From NCBI GenBank assembly GCA_036253495.1, contig GCA_036253495.1_4125.1: 64,000 bases of DNA, one strand, 5' to 3'. This stretch comes from a phage. A program made the position numbers and the translations under genes. Of the stretch, positions 1-7,477 are shown one piece after another. How positions within the stretch are numbered: position 1 is the first letter of the stretch; each line of letters opens with the position of its first letter. The notes under the pieces are model-generated. The model was not told the origin of the DNA, ran no database searches, and was given only the letters and a program-made list of their open reading frames with translations.

Positions 1-20
1 ACCATATAAGGGTAACAGTT

Positions 21-110
21 ATGCACATGAATCCGTTCATAGTAGTAATTGCAATCATTATGGCAGTACAGGCCGTATTAGTTTACTTAAGCAAAGCAGG
101 AGTTATCTAA
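21..110 (+). CDS. hypothetical small hydrophobic peptide (29 aa)
   Basis: ATG21..TAA110 read by eye, below track cutoff; one hydrophobic helix. Confidence 0.25.
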   Translation: MHMNPFIVVIAIIMAVQAVLVYLSKAGVI

Positions 111-111
111 A

Positions 112-285
112 ATGATCCATGTAGAATTATCAGTACTGAAAGATTTGTTTTATCGGATGGGTACTACTGGCGAATATCCGAAGGGTGATACCGCAAAACT
201 TTTTGTATCACTCGACTTATGGCAACGCGAACAATTAGTAACGTCCTGGCGTAAAGGTAAAGCCGACAAGGGGGCCGTAGCATGA
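112..285 (+). CDS. hypothetical protein (57 aa)
   Basis: ATG112..TGA285 read by eye; stop overlaps next ATG. Confidence 0.3.
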   Translation: MIHVELSVLKDLFYRMGTTGEYPKGDTAKLFVSLDLWQREQLVTSWRKGKADKGAVA

Positions 286-431
286 AAGAATACATTTTCG
301 AAGTTACGTTTTTGGGTAAAGGTATGCATCAACTGATACGGTCCAGCGGATACAGTGTTAACCAGGCGTGGAATAACTTAAAACAAATGTACCCGAACGC
401 TATCACATATCGCAACCCTCGCGAGGCATAA
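282..431 (+). CDS. hypothetical protein (49 aa)
   Basis: ATG282..TAA431 read by eye; ATGA coupling. Confidence 0.3.
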   Translation: MKEYIFEVTFLGKGMHQLIRSSGYSVNQAWNNLKQMYPNAITYRNPREA

Positions 432-440
432 AATAAATTG

Positions 441-560
441 AAAAAAGGGATTGACTCCGGTCAGTCCCTTTGCTATTATATACGCATAGAAACAAATTAG
501 CCCACCGGGTGCATAAATGTATCTATTGTTTGCTGGTGGAGGTATTATCTAGTACTGAAA
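441..560. repeat. conserved intergenic element, copy 1 of 3
   Basis: AAAGGGA..TCCCTTT hairpin containing TTGACT-N17-TATTAT, GGGTGCATAAATGTATCTA box, GCTGGTGG at 532-539; near-identical at 3745 and 6823. Confidence 0.75.
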
Positions 561-578
561 ACTATTTTTAAAAAGTAC

Positions 579-645
579 TTGCATTGTACTTAGAATCAAG
601 TATAATGTTTTACATCAGGACGGGGAATGAAACAAGTAACCCCGT
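579..645 (+). promoter_or_regulatory. sigma70-like early promoter + 5' stem-loop
   Basis: -35 TTGCAT 579-584, -10 TATAAT 601-606, A/T-rich upstream, hairpin ACGGGG..CCCCGT 620-645. Confidence 0.6.
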
Positions 646-694
646 TAAGTAGTCCAGGAGTAAGACATAAGAAAACCTCCCCTGATAAAATAGT

Positions 695-722
695 TTGACA
701 ATAGAAAGTAAACGAGTATAAT
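695..722 (+). promoter_or_regulatory. sigma70-like promoter
   Basis: TTGACA 695-700, 16-nt spacer, TATAAT 717-722. Confidence 0.55.
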
Positions 723-754
723 ACTTACATCAACCACTGATAAGGAAACATAAA

Positions 755-1030
755 ATGCGGATTCTACTGACAGCTAACGAAATCGAGCAAGTACTGACTA
801 CTAACCTGGAACAATGGAAACGTGATGCAGATATCCAGGCGGTACAATGGCTTAACGATAAGTTAACGCCAGATGACTTAAGCAAGATTGTTGACCCTCA
901 ATTCTATGAAGATATTCACGACACGGCTTTAAGCGTCGAGGATGTACTTGATAAGCACTACATTGATATTGATTTGCAGGTTTACGGTCGTAAAAACTTT
1001 ATCACTATTCACGACATTTACAATACTTAA
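755..1030 (+). CDS. hypothetical early protein
   Basis: track ORF 91 aa; promoter upstream. Confidence 0.65.
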   Translation: MRILLTANEIEQVLTTNLEQWKRDADIQAVQWLNDKLTPDDLSKIVDPQFYEDIHDTALSVEDVLDKHYIDIDLQVYGRKNFITIHDIYNT

Positions 1031-1033
1031 GTA

Positions 1034-1092
1034 TTGACAAAGTATCTTAGTACTGTATAATAGTTTACATCAAGAGGGGAATGGTTCCCCTC
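1034..1092 (+). promoter_or_regulatory. sigma70-like early promoter + 5' stem-loop
   Basis: TTGACA 1034-1039, TATAAT 1056-1061, hairpin GAGGGGAATGGTTCCCCTC 1074-1092. Confidence 0.7.
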
Positions 1093-1115
1093 CTAACAAA
1101 GAGAGAGAAATAAAA

Positions 1116-1298
1116 ATGGCTAAGTGCACTATCTGTAAGAAAGAAATCGTATTAGTTCCAAGTGCCCGTGAACGTGCCGCTCGGTTCGGTGGCAAAGCGT
1201 CAGACTATACAAAAATGTTTACTGCCCATGCAGATTGCCAGGTAGCAAAACGTTCACAAGAAAGCGTAGAATTAATGCGTAAACTTTCCAAAAAATAA
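1116..1298 (+). CDS. hypothetical small Cys-containing protein
   Basis: track ORF 60 aa; SD GAGAGAGAAA; CxxC..HxxC. Confidence 0.65.
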   Translation: MAKCTICKKEIVLVPSARERAARFGGKASDYTKMFTAHADCQVAKRSQESVELMRKLSKK

Positions 1299-1302
1299 GT
1301 AT

Positions 1303-1363
1303 TGACAAAGTATCTTAGTACTGTATAATAGTTTACATCAAGTGAGGGGAATGGTTCCCCTCC
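1303..1363 (+). promoter_or_regulatory. sigma70-like early promoter + 5' stem-loop
   Basis: TTGACA 1303-1308, TATAAT 1325-1330, hairpin 1345-1363; same cassette as 1034. Confidence 0.7.
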
Positions 1364-1385
1364 TAACTAAAAGAGAGAAATAAAA

Positions 1386-1709
1386 ATGGCTATGATCCTC
1401 ACCCAGAAAGTAGAACTGAAAATTGTAACATCCTTTGACATTAAAGTTAATCGGTGGACTGATTCACACGGCAATACTTACCACTCTTGCTACGTGTCTG
1501 CGTTAATTGGCGACCGCTGGGAGGATTTAGGACATGAAACCTTTACTTACGGTTACGGCACACAAGGCGAATACACGGGCTTGGAGATCATTAAAGAAAC
1601 GGTTATAGGTTTCAACCCGAAAGAAAAAGTTATTCATCAAATAGAAAAAGAGATCAACAAAGAAATAACAGTTCGCTACAACGATGTAAAACGTAAGAAA
1701 GACATGTAA
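1386..1709 (+). CDS. hypothetical early protein
   Basis: track ORF 107 aa; cassette promoter+SD. Confidence 0.7.
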   Translation: MAMILTQKVELKIVTSFDIKVNRWTDSHGNTYHSCYVSALIGDRWEDLGHETFTYGYGTQGEYTGLEIIKETVIGFNPKEKVIHQIEKEINKEITVRYNDVKRKKDM

Positions 1710-1731
1710 TAGAATCCATTTAAAGTACTAT

Positions 1732-1760
1732 TTGACATTGCCCAGATAGTACTTTATAAT
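1732..1760 (+). promoter_or_regulatory. sigma70-like promoter
   Basis: TTGACA 1732-1737, 17-nt spacer, TATAAT 1755-1760. Confidence 0.6.
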
Positions 1761-1795
1761 AGACTCTAGCTTGTAGTACTAACTTAACTAATAGG

Positions 1796-2200
1796 ATGTA
1801 TACCATGATTACTAAATTCTACGCTACCCGTGAAGCTGCCCGTATTGTTGCACGCGAGGAAGGAGCAGCATTTAAAGACATGGGCACGACCGCACCGAAA
1901 GGCCAACGCTGGGCCGTACAGTTCAAAGAAATCTCTGATATTGTGAATTCACCTGAACCAGTACTAACAGCAGCAGAACAGAAGAAAGCTGATGAACTGT
2001 CAGCAGTACTTAACGCTCAAGATGAATTTATCGCGGGTTCTGATATCAAAGTACAGGTAAATGCTAATGCATGGACTCACGCGGATCACCTGGCTAACCT
2101 GAAGCGTCCAAGTGAACTGGTTCGCAACCAGAAAGAGATCCGACACGACCGTAAGGGTAATCGTGTAACAGTATACAGTAAACGCCGCCAGGTTATCTAA
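1796..2200 (+). CDS. hypothetical protein
   Basis: track ORF 134 aa (alt start ATG 1805). Confidence 0.65.
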   Translation: MYTMITKFYATREAARIVAREEGAAFKDMGTTAPKGQRWAVQFKEISDIVNSPEPVLTAAEQKKADELSAVLNAQDEFIAGSDIKVQVNANAWTHADHLANLKRPSELVRNQKEIRHDRKGNRVTVYSKRRQVI

Positions 2201-2222
2201 TAACTTGCAGTACTAACAACAC

Positions 2223-2248
2223 GGCGGGATCAGTTCCCGCCTTTTTTA
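2223..2248 (+). terminator. rho-independent terminator
   Basis: GGCGGGATCAGTTCCCGCC hairpin then TTTTTT. Confidence 0.75.
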
Positions 2249-2262
2249 TAGGATAAACTAAA

Positions 2263-2517
2263 ATGATTAAGGTACAACTATCTAAAGATAATATCTTGCG
2301 GGTACACTATAAAGCCCCTCAGAGAATCATCACAAAGGCCGTACAGCTTGCTAATGAGTTTATTAATGGTAATCTATTGCCCAGGAAGTTAAGCAACGGC
2401 AAACTGCGTGTAATCGATGTAGACACTAACAACAGGATAGTAATCGAGAATACCGGAAAGATAAACCTCTATGAACACCAACAATATAATAAGAAAATAA
2501 AACTAATATCACGTTGA
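2263..2517 (+). CDS. hypothetical protein
   Basis: track ORF 84 aa. Confidence 0.55.
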   Translation: MIKVQLSKDNILRVHYKAPQRIITKAVQLANEFINGNLLPRKLSNGKLRVIDVDTNNRIVIENTGKINLYEHQQYNKKIKLISR

Positions 2518-2542
2518 CAGTACTCAATTGTTTTAGTACTAT
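2514..2542 (+). promoter_or_regulatory. sigma70-like promoter
   Basis: TTGACA 2514-2519, 17-nt spacer, TACTAT 2537-2542. Confidence 0.55.
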
Positions 2543-2570
2543 GTATCTATACCAACACGGGAGAAACAAA

Positions 2571-2789
2571 ATGAAATTATCTAAAATCGAAAAGAAAACT
2601 ATTGATGAAGCAGTTAAGCACGGTTATACCTTTCGTAATGATTCACATTTTACCAATTTTCAACAAGGGTATCGTACTATTAAAAAACTAATTGACAAAG
2701 GTTTATTAGTTAAAGTAGATAACGGTAACGGCGTGGAGTATCAGCCAACACAAGACGCATTATCTTTAAAGAAATATGCAATTATCTAA
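2571..2789 (+). CDS. hypothetical protein (72 aa)
   Basis: track ORF begins at TTG inside promoter; SD GGGAGA + ATG 2571 preferred. Confidence 0.65.
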   Translation: MKLSKIEKKTIDEAVKHGYTFRNDSHFTNFQQGYRTIKKLIDKGLLVKVDNGNGVEYQPTQDALSLKKYAII

Positions 2790-2818
2790 TTGACAGTACT
2801 CAAATGTTTTAGTACTAT
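2790..2818 (+). promoter_or_regulatory. sigma70-like promoter
   Basis: TTGACA 2790-2795, 17-nt spacer, TACTAT 2813-2818; paralogous to 2514 promoter. Confidence 0.55.
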
Positions 2819-2854
2819 ATGTACATACCAACACGGAATAACTGGAGAAACAAA

Positions 2855-3082
2855 ATGATTAATATCTTAGAACGCATCAAAGAAACTACTACGCTGGTGG
2901 ATCTACTCAATGTACTGACTTTTAAAGTAACTCGGTTTAGTACTCCTGAATTTATCAACCTCATTGATAGTAAAGGTGAATACCGCATCACTATTGAAAA
3001 TGGTCGTGCTAATGTATTCAGTACTAAATCAGGTAAAACCGCAATTCATTCTGTAATTGCAAATAAAACTGTTGCAATCTAA
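2855..3082 (+). CDS. hypothetical protein (75 aa)
   Basis: SD GGAGAAA + ATG 2855; track start 2819 lies in promoter. Confidence 0.65.
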   Translation: MINILERIKETTTLVDLLNVLTFKVTRFSTPEFINLIDSKGEYRITIENGRANVFSTKSGKTAIHSVIANKTVAI

Positions 3083-3131
3083 TTAGTACTAACATATAAT
3101 AGTCACATCAAGGCAGGGAATACCTCCCTGC
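3072..3131 (+). promoter_or_regulatory. sigma70-like promoter + 5' stem-loop
   Basis: TTGCAA 3072-3077, TATAAT 3095-3100, hairpin GCAGGGA..TCCCTGC 3113-3131. Confidence 0.6.
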
Positions 3132-3151
3132 TATCTTAAAGAGTAAATGCA

Positions 3152-3736
3152 ATGCGTAATTATACTAAATTCATCCGGGCACTGGCAGAAATGGAAACTA
3201 ACAAAGAGATCCTTACAGCTTGTCGGTTGGCTGGTCTGGAGATCATCGGGGCCGGATCATCCCGTATCGTATTCGCTTTAAATGATCGGTTAGTGATTAA
3301 GGTCGCTAATTGTGACGCTGGCGTAGAACAAAATGAAACAGAATGTAAGGTATGGAATTTTTTAGATTATGACCGCCCTCACCTTAAACAGTACTTTGCT
3401 AAGGTGCATATGCATTTAAGCGATCCTGATAATATGTTTATTGTTATGGATCGTTTGAGTACTGCAAGCAAAGGCAGTGTAAAGCACGTTAACGCTTGCA
3501 ATGAATTAAAGTACAATGTCAAACGTAACACTATTGAACGCCAACACCATTTCGCTGATGCACTACAACACGTTGATGATACCTTATCAACACTAACGAT
3601 AAGAGATATCAGAAAGCAGAACATAGGCCAAGATCGCAATGGCCTGATTAAAGTACTTGATTACGGTTTAACCCGCAATATCTGGAATCAGTACTATAAA
3701 CAACGCGACGTAAAAGCCGTAACTATAACACGATAA
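3152..3736 (+). CDS. putative protein-kinase-like protein (atypical small Ser/Thr kinase fold)
   Basis: IIGAGSSRIVF (Gly-loop), VIKV (Lys), IRDIRKQN (catalytic loop), VLDYG (DFG-like) in kinase order. Confidence 0.45.
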   Translation: MRNYTKFIRALAEMETNKEILTACRLAGLEIIGAGSSRIVFALNDRLVIKVANCDAGVEQNETECKVWNFLDYDRPHLKQYFAKVHMHLSDPDNMFIVMDRLSTASKGSVKHVNACNELKYNVKRNTIERQHHFADALQHVDDTLSTLTIRDIRKQNIGQDRNGLIKVLDYGLTRNIWNQYYKQRDVKAVTITR

Positions 3737-3744
3737 AAAAGATT

Positions 3745-3870
3745 AAAAAAGGGATTGACTCCAGTCAGTCCCTTTGCTATTATATAGTCATTGAGAGATA
3801 ACTCACTGACCCATAGGGTGCATAAGTGTATCTATAATATAAGTATTGTCAGTACTGAAAACTATTTTAA
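3745..3870. repeat. conserved intergenic element, copy 2 of 3
   Basis: same hairpin/promoter-like module and GGGTGCATAAGTGTATCTA box as 441-560; no GCTGGTGG in this copy. Confidence 0.75.
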
Positions 3871-3878
3871 AAAAGTAC

Positions 3879-3940
3879 TTGCATTGTACTTAGAATCAAG
3901 TATAATGTTTTATATCGAGAGGGGGAAACGGTTCTCCCTG
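3879..3940 (+). promoter_or_regulatory. sigma70-like early promoter + 5' stem-loop
   Basis: TTGCAT 3879-3884, TATAAT 3901-3906, hairpin ~3919-3938; identical to 579-606. Confidence 0.7.
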
Positions 3941-3958
3941 GCAATAAGGAATAAAATC

Positions 3959-4180
3959 ATGACTACAATGACTTGCATTTACGCTTCCAATCTTCTGAAT
4001 GATGCGGCCTTTAATGTTGATTCAGAATATCAATGTTATCGGGATGAAAATAAAAAAGTTTTTGTAGTTGATAATAATGGTTTCCATATTGAATTGCAAT
4101 CCGGCTTCACTGGCGTTGATGGTAAATCAGTATGGGGCGTACAGGATGATAAAGGTACATATCATTTTAAACGTAATTAA
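3959..4180 (+). CDS. hypothetical early protein (73 aa)
   Basis: SD AAGGAATAAA + ATG 3959; track start 3791 spans promoter. Confidence 0.65.
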   Translation: MTTMTCIYASNLLNDAAFNVDSEYQCYRDENKKVFVVDNNGFHIELQSGFTGVDGKSVWGVQDDKGTYHFKRN

Positions 4181-4183
4181 GTA

Positions 4184-4242
4184 TTGACAAAGTATCTTAG
4201 TACTGTATAATAGTTTACATCAAGGGGAGAATAGTTCTCCCC
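4184..4242 (+). promoter_or_regulatory. sigma70-like early promoter + 5' stem-loop
   Basis: TTGACA 4184-4189, TATAAT 4206-4211, hairpin GGGGAGAATAGTTCTCCCC 4224-4242. Confidence 0.7.
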
Positions 4243-4263
4243 GATACTAAAAGGAATAAAATC

Positions 4264-4671
4264 ATGACTACTACTAATCAAGCTCGGTCCATCGCCAACG
4301 ATAAAAATCATGCTGCAATGGTCGCTGGTTACATTGAAGCTATGCAATTCAGTACTGTACACAATGAGAACGGCGAATACCTGGAAGATTATGAATTATC
4401 AGAGCAAGCCCATCAAGCGGCAGTGATTGCATGTTCACGTTTCCTTGCTGTACATGGTGAAGATATGGAAACAGTACAAAAACACCATAATCCTGATTAT
4501 ACTTATAATCATGCAGGTCATGATCTCTTTCTTACTCGCGAAGGTCACGGTACTGGCTTTTGGGATCGTGATATCGGTCACTATGACGATGTATTCACTA
4601 AGTACTGCGAAGAAATCAACGTTTGCGATCCCTATGTAGGCGATGATAATCTAATCTATATGGGCGAATAA
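4264..4671 (+). CDS. hypothetical early protein (His/Asp-rich)
   Basis: track ORF 135 aa; cassette promoter + SD AAAAGGAATAAA. Confidence 0.7.
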   Translation: MTTTNQARSIANDKNHAAMVAGYIEAMQFSTVHNENGEYLEDYELSEQAHQAAVIACSRFLAVHGEDMETVQKHHNPDYTYNHAGHDLFLTREGHGTGFWDRDIGHYDDVFTKYCEEINVCDPYVGDDNLIYMGE

Positions 4672-4677
4672 AAGTAC

Positions 4678-4736
4678 TTGACAAAGTATATCAGTACTGT
4701 ATAATAGTTTACATCAAGGGGAGAATAGTTCTCCCC
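4678..4736 (+). promoter_or_regulatory. sigma70-like early promoter + 5' stem-loop
   Basis: TTGACA 4678-4683, TATAAT 4700-4705, hairpin 4718-4736. Confidence 0.7.
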
Positions 4737-4758
4737 ACCAATAAAAGGAAACAACATT

Positions 4759-5031
4759 ATGTCAAGCTACTCCGCTACTATGATCATTAAAGATATGAAC
4801 GGTAATCCTACTTCTGCTGGTGGATCATTTGGAAACATTAACTTAGATGGTCGGTTATCAATGGAATCAGCCATCAATGCAGCGAAAGAAGTTTTTAAGA
4901 ATGAATGTACTGTAAGCAAGCTAGATTATATGGGCTTCGCTATCGAGAAAACTAAACGTTTTGTGGACTACAAAAATCCACTAATGATTGATACTAACCT
5001 GAAAGCTAACGAAGTGGAATACTTATTATGA
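4759..5031 (+). CDS. hypothetical early protein
   Basis: track ORF 90 aa; SD AAAAGGAAAC. Confidence 0.7.
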   Translation: MSSYSATMIIKDMNGNPTSAGGSFGNINLDGRLSMESAINAAKEVFKNECTVSKLDYMGFAIEKTKRFVDYKNPLMIDTNLKANEVEYLL

Positions 5032-5219
5032 CAGTTGAAGAAGTTAAAAAAGTACTGGCAGTACTACGCTATCATAATCATTGCAAGGTGAAGAATGATC
5101 CTGATTATGTTGATTCATCCCTGGAGGAAGACACCTTAAACGCGATAAGCCATATGCAAACATTAGCAAAGCGTATGACCGAAAAGAATAGGCCGGACTA
5201 TATCGGAAATAAAATTTAA
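5028..5219 (+). CDS. hypothetical protein
   Basis: track ORF 63 aa; ATGA overlap with previous. Confidence 0.6.
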   Translation: MTVEEVKKVLAVLRYHNHCKVKNDPDYVDSSLEEDTLNAISHMQTLAKRMTEKNRPDYIGNKI

Positions 5220-5226
5220 AAAGTAC

Positions 5227-5288
5227 TTGCATTGTAGTTAGATTAAAGTATAATGTTTTATATCGAGAGGGGGAAATGGTTTCCCCTC
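5227..5288 (+). promoter_or_regulatory. sigma70-like early promoter + 5' stem-loop
   Basis: TTGCAT 5227-5232, TATAAT 5249-5254, hairpin GAGGGGGAAATGGTTTCCCCTC. Confidence 0.7.
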
Positions 5289-5306
5289 AAGTCCAGGAGA
5301 TACACC

Positions 5307-5570
5307 ATGAACACTATCGAAATCACTATTAATGCTCACGTATACGACAACGTAGTACTGCAAACTACTATGACCGCTAACGATACCAGTACTTTGCGGA
5401 ATACTGTTATAAGTGCTGTATGTGCCGCTATCGGTGATGTATCCCTGGAAAATGCAGAACACATCAACAACGGTTTCACTATGTGCAAACGTGATAACGC
5501 AAAACATATCATCGTAGAAGGTTACGGCGGTGTAGAATATAACCTTTATATGAAAAAAGTACTTGCATAG
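5307..5570 (+). CDS. hypothetical early protein (87 aa)
   Basis: SD AGGAGA + ATG 5307; track start 5253 is in promoter. Confidence 0.65.
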   Translation: MNTIEITINAHVYDNVVLQTTMTANDTSTLRNTVISAVCAAIGDVSLENAEHINNGFTMCKRDNAKHIIVEGYGGVEYNLYMKKVLA

Positions 5571-5619
5571 TAACTAAAACAAAGTATAATGTTTTGCATA
5601 GGGGGAGATATCCTCCCCC
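5563..5619 (+). promoter_or_regulatory. sigma70-like early promoter + 5' stem-loop
   Basis: TTGCAT 5563-5568, TATAAT 5585-5590, hairpin GGGGGAGATATCCTCCCCC 5601-5619. Confidence 0.7.
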
Positions 5620-5638
5620 ACTAATAAGGAGTACTACG

Positions 5639-5863
5639 ATGGCTAATCATGATGAACTGATTCGGGAAGTAGCTAACCTGGCGGCAGAAAAGAAATCATT
5701 TGATTCTATCTATAACACCGCTCACCGTGATTCAGTACTGGCATGTAATCAGGATCAAAAAGATGAACTGATCGCAACCTATCATGAAGCATGGAAGTAT
5801 TACCGTCAATGGGAGAAAGAAGAAAAAGCATCAACCATAAGAGGATTAAATAATCTAGTATAA
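5639..5863 (+). CDS. hypothetical early protein (74 aa)
   Basis: SD TAAGGAG + ATG 5639; track start 5594 is in hairpin. Confidence 0.65.
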   Translation: MANHDELIREVANLAAEKKSFDSIYNTAHRDSVLACNQDQKDELIATYHEAWKYYRQWEKEEKASTIRGLNNLV

Positions 5864-5915
5864 CAATAAAAGGGGATGATAATATCCCCTTAATAATTTC
5901 TATAATAGGTTAACA

Positions 5916-6182
5916 ATGAAAAAGAAAACAACATATCGCTATAATAAAAATTATCAATCCGTTGTATTAGATCACTCTATGCTCCCGCTCGTTGTCCCTG
6001 CCGTTGGTGTAGTCTATCAATCCATATACTGGTCAAGGAAACAACAAAAGTACTTAAAAGGCCCACTAGCACGTTATGAGGGTAACGGTGTATGGTCCGA
6101 TCCGTTACATCCAATCACTACGCGTTATATTGAATATTTTCCTTATTGTGACTACATTGAAATACATCCTAAATTTAATTGA
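5916..6182 (+). CDS. hypothetical protein, paralog of 6263-6520
   Basis: track ORF 88 aa; shared LP..P..G..Y....W......Y.....Y.GNG.W.DP..PI pattern. Confidence 0.65.
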   Translation: MKKKTTYRYNKNYQSVVLDHSMLPLVVPAVGVVYQSIYWSRKQQKYLKGPLARYEGNGVWSDPLHPITTRYIEYFPYCDYIEIHPKFN

Positions 6183-6187
6183 TAGTA

Positions 6188-6241
6188 TTGACAGTACTAA
6201 CTGATAGTGTATAATGTTTTGCATAGGGGGAATACTCCCCC
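6188..6241 (+). promoter_or_regulatory. sigma70-like early promoter + 5' stem-loop
   Basis: TTGACA 6188-6193, TATAAT 6210-6215, hairpin GGGGGAATACTCCCCC 6226-6241. Confidence 0.7.
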
Positions 6242-6262
6242 AATATTAAAAGGGGAATCATC

Positions 6263-6520
6263 ATGGAACAATTCACACAATATCGGGTAAATCCTCAAGC
6301 TATGGCCTACGTAGAAGACCATAAAACGTTACCAGTACTGCAACCAGTTAAAGGCCGTATCTATCGTGGCCTTGCATGGAATACGGCCCAGGATGGATAT
6401 AAAACCGTTGCCGTGGGGATGTATTGCGGGAATGGTGAATGGTTTGATCCTAACAATCCGATTGCACTTGACAGTACTGAAAAAATGAAATGGGCCGACT
6501 ATATCGAGGATATCTCATAA
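6263..6520 (+). CDS. hypothetical protein, paralog of 5916-6182
   Basis: track ORF 85 aa; cassette promoter. Confidence 0.7.
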   Translation: MEQFTQYRVNPQAMAYVEDHKTLPVLQPVKGRIYRGLAWNTAQDGYKTVAVGMYCGNGEWFDPNNPIALDSTEKMKWADYIEDIS

Positions 6521-6526
6521 AACTAT

Positions 6527-6588
6527 TTGACAGTACTATCATATAGTGTATAATGTTTTACATAGAGCGGGGGAATAGTTCTCCCGCC
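6527..6588 (+). promoter_or_regulatory. sigma70-like early promoter + 5' stem-loop
   Basis: TTGACA 6527-6532, TATAAT 6549-6554, hairpin ~6565-6588. Confidence 0.7.
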
Positions 6589-6609
6589 AATAGTTTGGAG
6601 TAAAACATT

Positions 6610-6810
6610 ATGTCAATCGCTATCGCCCTGGTTGAAGTACTGAAAGAAGCTAAAGCTAACCTGATCGACGTAAAGATCCAGGAACTACAATCCGGCTTAA
6701 TCGGCTGTACTTGTACCGCTGGTGGGGCGACAGATTATCGTGAATTCGAATCACTCGAATCTATGGTTCGGTATCTTACAATGATCGTGGAAGATTGGAA
6801 GATCATCTAA
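6610..6810 (+). CDS. hypothetical early protein
   Basis: track ORF 66 aa; SD TTTGGAG. Confidence 0.65.
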   Translation: MSIAIALVEVLKEAKANLIDVKIQELQSGLIGCTCTAGGATDYREFESLESMVRYLTMIVEDWKII

Positions 6811-6822
6811 CAAAAAAGAATA

Positions 6823-6960
6823 AAAAAAGGGATTGACTCCGGTCAGTCCCTTTGCTATTATATACGCATAGACAAAAACTAGCCCACAGGGTGCATAGGT
6901 GTATCTAAAATATATAGTTAATAACGGTGAGTAACTATCTGCTGGTGGAGTGAAAACTAT
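6823..6960. repeat. conserved intergenic element, copy 3 of 3
   Basis: same module as 441-560; GGGTGCATAGGTGTATCTA; GCTGGTGG at 6941-6948. Confidence 0.75.
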
Positions 6961-6973
6961 TAATAAAAAACTA

Positions 6974-7002
6974 TTGACAAAGTATAGCAGTACTGCAATA
7001 AT
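6974..7002 (+). promoter_or_regulatory. sigma70-like promoter
   Basis: TTGACA 6974-6979, 17-nt spacer, AATAAT 6997-7002 (weaker -10). Confidence 0.5.
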
Positions 7003-7055
7003 GTATCTCGTAGGGCGGCAATGGTGCGACGGTCCACAAAGTTAGGAGATTCAAA

Positions 7056-7388
7056 ATGAGTACTTCAATCGCTATCGTAAACGCTTTCATCCGTACCAAT
7101 GTTTCATCTGTATTCATTGACGGGCTGGATCGGGAAGTAGAATACTCAATCATTATCGCACAAACTGCAAACGGTGCTCGGTATATCCTCAATGATAGTG
7201 AAGCAAATCACTACTACTACACTAAAGCTACTGGCTTTAAACGCATCGATGCGGACGTAGTATACGCTAAGATGAATAAGCTGGTAGACAAGATTAACGC
7301 TAAAGGTACTATCGATTTACAGTACTGGACCGAAACCGATCCAGAATATGGATCACATCGCTACCTGAATCCAGGTATTAAAATGTAA
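7056..7388 (+). CDS. hypothetical protein
   Basis: track ORF 110 aa; SD TTAGGAGA. Confidence 0.65.
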   Translation: MSTSIAIVNAFIRTNVSSVFIDGLDREVEYSIIIAQTANGARYILNDSEANHYYYTKATGFKRIDADVVYAKMNKLVDKINAKGTIDLQYWTETDPEYGSHRYLNPGIKM

Positions 7389-7395
7389 AAAGTAC

Positions 7396-7458
7396 TTGCA
7401 TAGTACTTAGTAAAGTGTATAATGTTTTACATAGAGAGGGGGAAATGGTTCTCCCTCC
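7396..7458 (+). promoter_or_regulatory. sigma70-like early promoter + 5' stem-loop
   Basis: TTGCAT 7396-7401, TATAAT 7418-7423, hairpin GAGGGGGAAATGGTTCTCCCTC. Confidence 0.7.
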
Positions 7459-7477
7459 TAAATTAAGGAGTTTTATC

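Noticed and set aside
5872-5889. Hairpin GGGGATGATAATATCCCC after gene 5639-5863 as a terminator
   Set aside because: Perfect stem but no downstream T-tract; could equally be a 5' UTR structure for the next gene, so not called.
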